Shown piece after piece: positions 9,491-18,426 of a stretch of DNA of 64,000 nt. The DNA is from Chloroflexota bacterium (GTDB taxonomy: Bacteria; Chloroflexota; UBA5177), in the NCBI GenBank assembly GCA_035295425.1, contig DATGJB010000147.1:778-64777 (forward strand), written 5' to 3'. The stretch's first letter is position 1, and each line of letters opens with the position of its first letter. The notes under the pieces are model-generated. The model saw nothing but the letters and a program-made list of their open reading frames with translations. It had not been told where the DNA came from and ran no database searches. The translations under genes and the position numbers were made by a program.

Positions 9491-9592
9491 AATGGATCCA
9501 TTTCCGGTTATCAGGCACATATCCCTTCATCGGTACCCGTCCGCCACCCCCAGCGATGCATGTGCCCAGGCTACCAGGCTACACTACCGGCG

Positions 9593-10090
9593 ATGCCAGA
9601 CGATCTTCCTTACGGCCGTCCATCCCTGCGCCTCGAAACCTACGATTACACCCAGCCCGGTGCCTACTTCGTCACCATCTGCACCCTCGCGCGGGTCTGC
9701 CTCTTCGGCGACATTCGCGACGGCGTCATGCACCACAACGACGCCGGCAGGACGATTCAATCGCTCTGGGAGGCGCTACCGCAGCGATTCAGCCACATCA
9801 GCCTGGATGCCTTCGTCGTCATGCCGAACCATCTTCATGGCGTCGTGGTCATAACCGAGGGCAGGCCACATCAGGGGCTGGGCCAGATCATCGGCGCCTT
9901 CAAATCGCTGTCGACCAACGGCTACATCACCGGCGCGCGACAGCACGGCTGGCCGCGATTCGCCGGGCGTCTGTGGCAGGACAACTACTACGAACACATC
10001 GTGCGCAGCGATGCGTCGCTGGAACGCATTCGCACCTACATCGCCGGCAACCCACAGAACTGGGAGACGGATCCGGAGCGACTGGCGTAG
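9593..10090 (+). mobile_element. REP-associated tyrosine transposase (RAYT / TnpA-REP, HUH Y1 family)
   Basis: YDYTQPGAYFVTICT, FVVMPNHLHG (HUH), WQDNYYEHIVR and YIAGNP (catalytic Tyr). Flanked by REPs. TACACT lies 7 nt before the ATG. Confidence 0.93.
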
Positions 10091-10164
10091 ACAGCGGGCA
10101 GCAGAGGGGCGAGCGAGCGCACAAGCACGCATTCCCTGAAACGCCTCCACCGGCGGATGCGCCT

Positions 10165-10343
10165 TCATTCGCGGACACGCACCCATAAAGGGTGCGACTA
10201 CAGGGATGTCCACGGCTGTAATCGCACCCTTCATGGGTGCATGTCTGGGTGCGTGTCTGGGTGCGCGTCCAGGCGATGTGCGGTTCCACAGCTGTAGTCG
10301 CACCCTTCATGGGTGCGTGTCTGGGTGCGCGTCCAGGCGATGT
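10165..10343. repeat. REP array, right flank of RAYT (largely an inverted copy of the left flank)
   Basis: Copies at 10174-10201 (-), 10218-10245 (+) and 10294-10321 (+), with the same spacers as 9301-9490. Confidence 0.92.
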
Positions 10344-10418
10344 GGTGGTACGGTTTCGGCGGTGTGTTGTGGTCCGTTGCGGCGGCGGCACTCCGCGATC
10401 CGGATCACGGCGATGAGA

Positions 10419-11681
10419 CTACGCTACATCCGCTCCGCCGGCGACTTCGGTGCGCCGGCTCTCAGCCCTTTTGGGTATTTGGCCGTTCTCGCCCTGGTGG
10501 CCGGCCGGCTCGGGGAACCGGCGCGGCACGAGATAGGCCGCCGTGCCCAGCAGGACGAGCCCCATGACACCGAGCAGGATGTGGTAATCGACCACAGTGG
10601 AGAGGCCGGCGCCAAGTGCGATCGAGATCGTCTGTGGCACGGTTACCATCGTATCGGCGGCCGAGTACACGCGTCCCTGCAAATGCGGCGGACTGCGCCG
10701 CTGGATCGCGGTTCCAAACGCGACGAGGGCCCAGGGCAGGCCGGAGCCCGCGATCATACCGGCAACCACGACTACCGGCAGCGAGCTCACCATCAAGAGT
10801 AAGGAGCCGATACCGAAGAGCCCGAGCCCCAGGCCGAGCAGTCTGCCGTCCCCCACGCGCCGCAGGACCCGGGCCGCGGTCAGTCCGCCGGCGATCGCAC
10901 CGACTCCCTGCGCCGAGCTCAGCACTCCGAGGAACGCCGGCGGCCGATGGAGCCCCTGACTGATAACGGCAAAGATCACGGTTTCGGCGAAACCGACCAC
11001 CAGAAGCGCCACTCCTACCGCCAGCACGATCTCCCGCAACGCCTGGGTCTGGAAGATGTGGCGGACGCCGGCCGATACCTCATGCCGGAAGTGATGCTCG
11101 GAAGGATGGGGTTCCGGCTCGGATACCTGCAGGATGGCGAGACAGAGCGCCGAAACACCAAAACTCGCCGCGTCGATCACAGCCACGAAGCCTCCGCCAA
11201 ATGCCGCGAAGAGTGCGGCGCCGAGCAGCGGAGCAAGCAGCCGTAGCCCCTCTCGCCACGTTTGCAGGAAGGCATTCACCTCACCCAGCAGCTCTCCCGG
11301 CAGCATGACCGTGAGCAGAGCCGATTGTGCCGAGGAAAACACCGAACCGCTTGCGCCATACACCAGGGCCACCGCGTAGATCAGCCAGATCCGGTCCCGT
11401 CCGTGAACCAGCAGGAGGAGTAGAACCGCGGCCCCGATAACCATGTCCATGCCGATCATCAACGGTCGCCGTCGCATGCGGTCCACTGCCAGGCCGGCCA
11501 GCGGTGCGGCGAGCGAGGGAAGCGCGAGGAAGAAGAAGACGAGACCGGCCGCTCCGTTGCTCCCGGTCAGCGTCTTGACCCAGATGCCGAGTACCAGAAA
11601 CAGCGCGGTATCGCCGAAGAGGGAGAGCCCCTGTCCGACCAGGTAGATCCGGACATCACGGCGCGCGAGCAGCTGACGCAT
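10419..11681 (-). CDS. MFS transporter (macrolide-efflux/DHA3-like)
   Basis: About 12 hydrophobic segments, GQGLSLFGD, motif A AGLAVDRMRRR, LQGRVYSA. Confidence 0.88.
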   Translation of the reverse strand: MRQLLARRDVRIYLVGQGLSLFGDTALFLVLGIWVKTLTGSNGAAGLVFFFLALPSLAAPLAGLAVDRMRRRPLMIGMDMVIGAAVLLLLLVHGRDRIWLIYAVALVYGASGSVFSSAQSALLTVMLPGELLGEVNAFLQTWREGLRLLAPLLGAALFAAFGGGFVAVIDAASFGVSALCLAILQVSEPEPHPSEHHFRHEVSAGVRHIFQTQALREIVLAVGVALLVVGFAETVIFAVISQGLHRPPAFLGVLSSAQGVGAIAGGLTAARVLRRVGDGRLLGLGLGLFGIGSLLLMVSSLPVVVVAGMIAGSGLPWALVAFGTAIQRRSPPHLQGRVYSAADTMVTVPQTISIALGAGLSTVVDYHILLGVMGLVLLGTAAYLVPRRFPEPAGHQGENGQIPKRAESRRTEVAGGADVA

Positions 11682-11946
11682 TGCGTTCTCCCCTGTCTGG
11701 ATCCCCTTCCGGGTACCACCATGGAGTACTATGTTTTTACTTTATACACTATCACCTAATAAAAGTGAAATGAGACATACATATTGAATGACCTGCCGGC
11801 AACAACACCGTTGCGGGCAGAGCGGTGGCGCCTGCCGTTCAGGTGGGAGATGAGAGTCCTGCAGCAGCCGGAGATGGCCTGAGAGGATGCGTTATGACGC
11901 CGAGTCGCAGAGCGTCATGTCACGCCAGGCGCCACAATAGACCAGC

Positions 11947-12450
11947 ATGTCTTCCGATTCCGCTGACCGGCATCCGGTCACCGAGGCAATCCTCGATCTG
12001 CTGTCCCGGCACGGCTGCTGGTTCGAAACCTTCGAGCACGAACCGGTGCGGACCAGCGAGGAGGCCGCTCGCATGCGACCGGGCTACACTCTCCAGCAGG
12101 GCGCCAAAGCGCTCATCCTGAGGAGTCGCCGGTCGGGAGAGCACGCGAGATTTGTCATGATCGTCTTCCCGGCAGACCGAAAGCTCTCCAATCGAAAGGC
12201 GCGCGATCTGCTCGGCGGCGACCTCCGATTCGCCTCGACGGAAGAGGTGGCAGAGCTCACCGATGGAGTGCAACCAGGCGCAGTGCCGCCGTTCGGCCGC
12301 CTGTTCGGCCTGGAGCTCGTTGCCGATCGCTCCCTCTTCACACTGGACAGAATCGTCTTCAATGCCGGCGACCGCTGCTTCTCAATTGCCATGCGCTCCT
12401 CGGATTACGAGACGCTGGGCGACCCCGTGATTGCCGACGTAACCGAGTAG
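11947..12450 (+). CDS. YbaK/ProX aminoacyl-tRNA editing family protein
   Basis: HEPVRTSEEAA, GAKAL, LRFAS, TDGVQPGAVPPFG and FNAGDR motifs. Confidence 0.88.
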   Translation: MSSDSADRHPVTEAILDLLSRHGCWFETFEHEPVRTSEEAARMRPGYTLQQGAKALILRSRRSGEHARFVMIVFPADRKLSNRKARDLLGGDLRFASTEEVAELTDGVQPGAVPPFGRLFGLELVADRSLFTLDRIVFNAGDRCFSIAMRSSDYETLGDPVIADVTE

Positions 12451-12555
12451 CCGGGCCACGCGACACTCCGTCCGGAGCGCTCCCATGGATGGATTAGACT
12501 GTTCCGTCTGCGGTGACGCCGGGCATGATCCGGCATCTGGGCGAGGAAGGACCCT

Positions 12556-15162
12556 ATGGCAGCGCGTCAGAGTGACGACCGTGCCCTCGACGCGGCACTC
12601 CAGTTTGAAGGACGCACCGTACCGATCGCGGCGGGTGACACTGTCGCGTCGGCGCTCTATCGCGCCGGGGTGCGCGTATTCTCGCGCTCCTTCAAGTACC
12701 ACCGTCCCCGCGGACTGTATTGCCTGACCGGCGACTGCCCCAATTGCATGGTGAATGTGGATGGTGAGCCATGGGTCCGGTCGTGCGTCAGGGAAGCGTC
12801 GCCCGGACAGCGGGTCCGGCGGCAGGCCGGCTGGCCATCCGCGGACCGGGACGTGCTCGGTCTGGCGGATCGTATGCACCGGCTCATGCCGGTCGGCTTC
12901 TACTACAAGACGATGCTCCGTCCCCGCTGGGTCTGGCCGGCGGCGGAGCCCTGGATCCGGCGCTTTGCCGGGCAGGGCTCGATCCCCGAGACACGCCCGG
13001 AGCATCGGGAGGCGCGTAATCTGCACCCCGACCTCATGGTGGTCGGGGCGGGCATCGCTGGCCTTTCGGCGGCGCTGGCGGCAGCCGGGTCGGGTCGATC
13101 GGTCGTCATCTGCGACGAAGGACGGAGCGGCGAAACCCTTGCGCCGGGACCGGTCCGACGGCGGGTCGCGGCGCTCCTCTCCGAGGTCGCATCTTCACCC
13201 CTGATCACGCTCCTCGAGCGGACGCCGGCGATCGGCATTTACGAGGGACCACTCGTCGTGTTGAACGGCCATTCCTTTCTCCATCTCGTTCACCCCGAGG
13301 CGGTGGTGGTCGCCACCGGTGCGGTCGAGGAGCATGGCGTCTTCCCCGGGAACGATCTGCCCGGCGTCTGGCTGGGCCGCGGCGCAGCCCGACTGGCCGG
13401 TGTCCACAATCTTCTCCCCGGCCGGCGCATCGTGCTGGTCACGCAAACCACCGAGGCGGCGGATCACGCCGCGGCCCTGCGTACTGCCGGCGCGGACGTG
13501 CTGGTGGTCGACGGAGAGGTCGTCGCGGCGCGCGGACGGGAGTCGGTGCGGAGCGTGGTCGTCGATCGTGGCGCCTTCCGGGAGGAGATTCAATGCGATG
13601 CCCTGGTGCTCTCACTGGGGCTCGTTCCGCGCGATGCACTTGCCCTGCAGGCTGCCGGACTGCCGGTCGTCACAATCGGCGACGCGGCCTCGCCCGGGCT
13701 CGACTTCGGCCAGGTGGAGGAGCAGGGACGGCATGCCGGCATCGGCGCCGAGGTGGCCGCGGGAACGCAGATTGAGCTGCCTCGCGCAGCGCGGGGCGGG
13801 ATCGTCTGCCTCTGCGAGGACGTGGGCGTGGACGAGCTCGACCAGGCCTGGCGGGAGGGGTTCCGCTCCAGCGAGATTCTCAAGCGCTACACCACCGCTA
13901 CCATGGGGCCCTGCCAGGGCGCGATGTGCCACCGGCATCTCCGCGCGTTTGTCGCCTCCCGGCCCGACGCGACCGGTCCGGCTTCCGGACCTACAACCGC
14001 GCGCCCGCCCGTGCGGGGAATCACGCTCGAACAGGCCGCCGCGGGCGTGCGCGATGAGATTCATCAGCGAACCGCACTGCACAACCGCCATCTCGCGCTG
14101 GGCGCGATCATGGAGCCCTCCGGCGTCTGGCGGCGCCCAAGGCACTACGGCGACAAGCTCGCCGAGTACTGGGCGGTGCGGCGCGGCGTGAGCGTGATGG
14201 ATGTCGGCACACTCGGGAAGTTCCTGGTTGCCGGCCCCGACGCGACCGAATTTCTGGAGAGGCTCTATCCCTGCCGGGTCAGCAACCTGCGGCCAGGTCG
14301 CCTTCGCTATGCCTTGCTGCTGGGCGAACACGGATTCGTTATCGACGACGGCACCATCTGCGCCCTCGGCGAGGATCGCTGGTACCTCACATTCACGTCG
14401 GCCGGTGCGGCGACGGCCGAGGCGGTGCTGAAGGACTGGGCGGAGACCTGGAGTTGCGAGGTCCACATCGTCGACCTCACCGCGGCCTGGGGAGCGATCA
14501 ACCTGACCGGGCCCCACGCCCGCGAGCTCCTCCAGCGCCTCTGCGCCGACCCGCTCGACAATGAAACATTTCCCTATCTCCACCATCGCGAGATCACGGT
14601 GGGAGGCGTACCGTGCCGGGCGATCCGGCTCGGCTTTCTGGGGGAGCTTTCGTACGAGCTCCATCATGCGAGCAACCGAAGCGTCGAGCTGTGGGACGCA
14701 TTGCTCGCGGCCGGCCGCGACCTCGACATCCGGCCACACGGCCTGGACGCGCTACGCGTGCTGCGCCTCGAGAAGGGGCATATCATCGTCGGCCAGGACA
14801 CCGACTTCGACGCTACCCCCGGGAAGCTGCACATGAGCTGGGCGGTGCGGATGGAGAAGCCCTGGTTCGTGGGGAAACAGGGTATCGAGCGAGCCAACTC
14901 TCACGATCCACTGCGACAGCTCGTCGCCGTGTCGTTCCCCGGCCGGGCGCCGCGCGAGGGGGCGCCGCTACGGGCGGACGGGAAGCTGGTGGGCTACCTC
15001 ACGTCGTCGGCGTGGTCACCGGTGCTCGAACGTGGCGTCTCGCTCGGCTGGGTGAGCCGGGTCGACGGCGCCTTCCCCACGGAGCTCGAGAGTGACGGCA
15101 TCGCGGGACATGCCGTCGACCAGCCGTTCTACGATCCGCAGGGAGAACGCCTCCGTGCTTGA
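12556..15162 (+). CDS. soxA: Sarcosine oxidase alpha-like subunit (2Fe-2S + FAD/NAD + BFD-like + GcvT domains)
   Basis: SRSFKYHRPRG, VGAGIAG, KRYTTATMGPCQG, RTALH, DVGTLGK, GFLGELSYEL and LRLEKGH motifs. Confidence 0.85.
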   Translation: MAARQSDDRALDAALQFEGRTVPIAAGDTVASALYRAGVRVFSRSFKYHRPRGLYCLTGDCPNCMVNVDGEPWVRSCVREASPGQRVRRQAGWPSADRDVLGLADRMHRLMPVGFYYKTMLRPRWVWPAAEPWIRRFAGQGSIPETRPEHREARNLHPDLMVVGAGIAGLSAALAAAGSGRSVVICDEGRSGETLAPGPVRRRVAALLSEVASSPLITLLERTPAIGIYEGPLVVLNGHSFLHLVHPEAVVVATGAVEEHGVFPGNDLPGVWLGRGAARLAGVHNLLPGRRIVLVTQTTEAADHAAALRTAGADVLVVDGEVVAARGRESVRSVVVDRGAFREEIQCDALVLSLGLVPRDALALQAAGLPVVTIGDAASPGLDFGQVEEQGRHAGIGAEVAAGTQIELPRAARGGIVCLCEDVGVDELDQAWREGFRSSEILKRYTTATMGPCQGAMCHRHLRAFVASRPDATGPASGPTTARPPVRGITLEQAAAGVRDEIHQRTALHNRHLALGAIMEPSGVWRRPRHYGDKLAEYWAVRRGVSVMDVGTLGKFLVAGPDATEFLERLYPCRVSNLRPGRLRYALLLGEHGFVIDDGTICALGEDRWYLTFTSAGAATAEAVLKDWAETWSCEVHIVDLTAAWGAINLTGPHARELLQRLCADPLDNETFPYLHHREITVGGVPCRAIRLGFLGELSYELHHASNRSVELWDALLAAGRDLDIRPHGLDALRVLRLEKGHIIVGQDTDFDATPGKLHMSWAVRMEKPWFVGKQGIERANSHDPLRQLVAVSFPGRAPREGAPLRADGKLVGYLTSSAWSPVLERGVSLGWVSRVDGAFPTELESDGIAGHAVDQPFYDPQGERLRA

Positions 15163-15661
15163 GCTCAACCCGGTTCCCGCCGAGATCATCGGCTGCTTTG
15201 GCGGCCCCGAGGCGCTCGACCAGATTTCCGGGACAGCGGAGCTGAGCGTCCGGGTCGCGCCCGACGAGCTGCTGGTCCTGCTTCCAGAGGAAGCAGGCGC
15301 TCCCGGCAATAGAAGCCCCGAGCTGCAGGAGCAGCTCGATCAGCTCGATGGCGCCGGCCTCGCGCTCGACCTTTCCTCGGGATATGCCGCCTGGGCCCTG
15401 CGTGGCGAGGAGCGATTCGAGGCGTTTAGCCGCCTCTCGGCGATCAAGCTTCCCGCGCCTCCCGCCGCCGTTCAGGGTCTGGTGGCGCACGTCCCGGCGA
15501 AGGTCATCGTCCGCTCCGACGTCCTCATCGTCATGGTCTCTTCGGTGCTATCGCACCATATTCGGGAGCGGGTGTTGCGCGCCTGTGCCGACCTGCGGCC
15601 GGTTGAGGGTGGTGCCCTGCAGCCGGCCGGTGCTGGCGGGGGCGAAAGGGAGCCGGTGTGA
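15155..15661 (+). CDS. soxG: Sarcosine oxidase gamma-like subunit
   Basis: GTG overlaps the soxA stop. RVAPDELLV and DLSSGYAAWALRGE motifs. Located between soxA and soxB. Confidence 0.7.
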   Translation: MLELNPVPAEIIGCFGGPEALDQISGTAELSVRVAPDELLVLLPEEAGAPGNRSPELQEQLDQLDGAGLALDLSSGYAAWALRGEERFEAFSRLSAIKLPAPPAAVQGLVAHVPAKVIVRSDVLIVMVSSVLSHHIRERVLRACADLRPVEGGALQPAGAGGGEREPV

Positions 15662-16869
15662 GCGGACTGCTACGACATCGCACCTATCTCCGCGCCGTCG
15701 AACCGAAACCACGGTACGACGTGATCATCATCGGCGGCGGCGGTCACGGGTTGGCGACTGCCTACTACCTTGCTTCCCGCCACGGCGTGACCAACATTGC
15801 CGTTCTCGAGCGCAGCTACATTGGTGCCGGCGCCACCGGGCGTAACACCACCGTGGTCCGCGCGAACTACAAGATGCCCGAGTCGGTAGCTTTCTTCAAG
15901 CGGAGCTATGAGCTCTACGAAGGGCTCTCCGTCGAGCTCGACTACAACCTCCTCATGTCCCGCCGCGGGCTCTTCTGGCTGGCTCATTCCGAGAATGTGC
16001 TGCGTCTTCAGCGGGAGCGGGCGCTCTTGAATCAGGCATTCGGCGTCGACACCGTCTTCATCGGACCCGACGAGATACAGAAGCTCTGTCCGCAGATCGA
16101 CCTCGAAGCCGGAGGAAAGGGGAAACCCATCATCGGCGCTTCCTACCACCCGCCAGGCTCCGTGATCCGGCACGATGCGGTGGTGTGGGGCTATGCTGCG
16201 GCTGCCCAGCGCCTGGGCGTCCACGTCCACGAGGGCGTGAACGTAACAGGAATCACCCGCCAGAACGGCCGCGCCATCGGGGTGGAGACGACAGCCGGGC
16301 CGATCGCGGCCGGCACCATTGTCTCCGCGACCGCCGGGTACACCAGCGCGGTGGCGGCGCTCGCCGGGCTCCGCCTGCCGATCACCACCCATCCGCTGCA
16401 GGCATTTGTCACCGAGCCGTACGGGCCGATCCTGGATCGCATCGTCGCGTCGTCCGATCTGCTCGTCTATATCTCACAGACCTCGCGCGGCGAGATCCTG
16501 GTCGGCGCCGAGATCGAGCGCTACACCACCTATTCGACCCGCTCCACCTTTTCGTTTCTGGCCGAGTGCGCATCGCGTGCCATCGATCTGCTGCCCTTCA
16601 CGGCGAAGCTCAAGATCCTGCGCCAGTGGACCGGTCTGTGCGACATGAGCCCCGACTACTCGCCGCTGATGGGCCTGACGGAGGTCGATGGATTCGTGGT
16701 AACGGCGGGGTGGGGAACCTGGGGATTCAAGGCCATTCCCGCCAGTGGTATGGCCATGGCCGAGCTCGTCGCTACCGGGAAGGTCCCGGCGCTGATTGCC
16801 CCCTTCCGGATCGACCGGTTCCGCGACGACCGTGCCATACCCGACCGCAGCTCGGCAGGGACCCACTGA
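15658..16869 (+). CDS. soxB: Sarcosine oxidase beta subunit (FAD; covalent-FMN His present)
   Basis: IIGGGGHGLATAYYLA, GRNTTVVRANY, RHDAVVWGY and GWGTWGFKA motifs. Confidence 0.9.
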   Translation: MSGLLRHRTYLRAVEPKPRYDVIIIGGGGHGLATAYYLASRHGVTNIAVLERSYIGAGATGRNTTVVRANYKMPESVAFFKRSYELYEGLSVELDYNLLMSRRGLFWLAHSENVLRLQRERALLNQAFGVDTVFIGPDEIQKLCPQIDLEAGGKGKPIIGASYHPPGSVIRHDAVVWGYAAAAQRLGVHVHEGVNVTGITRQNGRAIGVETTAGPIAAGTIVSATAGYTSAVAALAGLRLPITTHPLQAFVTEPYGPILDRIVASSDLLVYISQTSRGEILVGAEIERYTTYSTRSTFSFLAECASRAIDLLPFTAKLKILRQWTGLCDMSPDYSPLMGLTEVDGFVVTAGWGTWGFKAIPASGMAMAELVATGKVPALIAPFRIDRFRDDRAIPDRSSAGTH

Positions 16870-17129
16870 TGGGATTCAAGATCGACTGCCCGCGCTGCGG
16901 CCCGCGCTCCTACCATGAGTTCTGGTTCGACGGTGAGGTGCGGCAGCGAGATCCCGACGGCACCGCCGAGGATGACTATCGCGCCACCTGGTTGCGTGCC
17001 AACGCCGCCGGCCCGCAACAGGAGCGCTGGTTTCACCATGCCGGCTGCCGGCGCTGGCTGACGATCGAACGTGACACCACCGACAACACCGTGAGGCCAG
17101 TGGACGGCACGGCGCATTACGGCGAGTGA
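16869..17129 (+). CDS. soxD: Sarcosine oxidase delta subunit (Zn-binding)
   Basis: MGFKIDCPRCGPR...ERWFHHAGCRRW...ERDT (Cys3His). ATG overlaps the soxB stop. Confidence 0.9.
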   Translation: MGFKIDCPRCGPRSYHEFWFDGEVRQRDPDGTAEDDYRATWLRANAAGPQQERWFHHAGCRRWLTIERDTTDNTVRPVDGTAHYGE

Positions 17130-17168
17130 TGCAGCACCGAACGCCCGATTGTGTCGAGGAGCATCTGC

Positions 17169-18278
17169 ATGGACCCGCTTCACGCCCGAAGTGACGTCGT
17201 CGGCAGCCTGCTACGGCCGGCAGAGCTGCTCGCGGCCCAGGAAGAATTTGCCCGCGGTGAGCTCACCGCTGCCGCCTTCAAGCAGGTCGAGGACCGCGCG
17301 GTCGATGCCGCGCTTCGGCTCCAGGAGGAGTGCGGCATCGACATCGTCACCGACGGCGAGATGCGCCGCCTCTCCTTTCAAAGCCAGCTGCCGGCCGCCG
17401 TCGAGGGCTTCAGCGAGTGGGACCTCGATGCCTTTCTCTGGGGTGAGTGGCACAGTGAGGAGATCGGTGATGCGCGGATCGAGCGGCCGCCAATCGCCGT
17501 CGTCGACAAGCTTCACCGCAAGCGATTTCTCTCCGCCGAGGAGTTTACGTACGCGCGTGGCCGCACCGATCGCATCCTGAAGGTCAATCTGCCCAGCCCC
17601 AGCCTCTTTGCGAACTTCTGGGACCCCGCACGCTCGACCGCCGCCTATCCCAGCCTGGAGTCATTTCTCGGGGACGTGGCCGAGATCCTTCGCGACGAGG
17701 TCGAGGAGCTGGCGCGGCTCGGTGCCACGCTCATCCAGATCGACGCGCCGCAGTACCCGCTCCTCATCGACCAGAGCTATCGCGACTTCTACGAGAGTCG
17801 CGGCTGGCCGGCTGATCGATGGGTCGAGCTGGGGATCGAGCTCGACAACCTGGTGATGAGCGGCCGGCCCGATGTGACGTTCTCTTTTCACCTCTGCCGC
17901 GGCAATCAGCTCAGTCGCTGGCTGGTGGAGGGTGGGTACGACTGGCTGGCGGATCGAATCTTCCCGAAGGTCGCAGCGCACCGGCTCATGCTGGAGTACG
18001 ACGACGAGCGCTCGGGCGGCTTCGAACCGCTGTCCCGGGTGCCGGCCGACAAGGTCGTGGTACTGGGGCTGGTCACGACCAAGACACCGCGCCGTGAGAC
18101 CGAAGCAGAGCTGGAAGGACGCATCCATGAGGCCGCTCGCTACTTCCCGCTCGAGCAACTGGCGCTCTCTCCACAATGTGGTTTCGCAACGTCGGTTCGC
18201 GGCAACGCGATTTCGGTCGAGGACGAGCGTGCCAAGCTCACCACCATCGCGCGCACCGCCGCCGCGGTGTGGCCGTAG
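17169..18278 (+). CDS. Cobalamin-independent methionine synthase II family (MetE catalytic half only, YxjH-like)
   Basis: DVVGSLLRP, TDGEMRR, QIDAP; Zn ligands HLCRGN, LEYDDERSG and SPQCGFA. Confidence 0.9.
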   Translation: MDPLHARSDVVGSLLRPAELLAAQEEFARGELTAAAFKQVEDRAVDAALRLQEECGIDIVTDGEMRRLSFQSQLPAAVEGFSEWDLDAFLWGEWHSEEIGDARIERPPIAVVDKLHRKRFLSAEEFTYARGRTDRILKVNLPSPSLFANFWDPARSTAAYPSLESFLGDVAEILRDEVEELARLGATLIQIDAPQYPLLIDQSYRDFYESRGWPADRWVELGIELDNLVMSGRPDVTFSFHLCRGNQLSRWLVEGGYDWLADRIFPKVAAHRLMLEYDDERSGGFEPLSRVPADKVVVLGLVTTKTPRRETEAELEGRIHEAARYFPLEQLALSPQCGFATSVRGNAISVEDERAKLTTIARTAAAVWP

Positions 18279-18302
18279 CCGGACCGCCAGCTGCACGATT
18301 TC

Positions 18303-18316
18303 AGAACAAATGTTCG
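18303..18316. promoter_or_regulatory. Putative LexA (Cheo) box AGAAC-AAAT-GTTCG
   Basis: Exact GAAC-N4-GTTC with an A/T-rich spacer, intergenic, about 110 bp upstream of the VOC gene. Confidence 0.6.
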
Positions 18317-18426
18317 ACATTTCCCTCTAGAAATCGTGGGCCAGAGCGGCTATCATCTCTCTGCTGCGGTCTCCTTTGTGCGTCTCAACTGGCCATCTAC
18401 GCTCGCCGTAGCAGAAAGAGGAACAC

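Noticed and set aside
9301-10343. CRISPR array
   Set aside because: Repeats occur in both orientations with repeated rather than unique spacers, there are no cas genes, and the GTAG hairpins flank a RAYT.
11820-11920. Glycine or other riboswitch ahead of the YbaK/sox genes
   Set aside because: Purine-rich, but lacks the CCGAAG/CTCTCAGG core or any other aptamer I can recognise.
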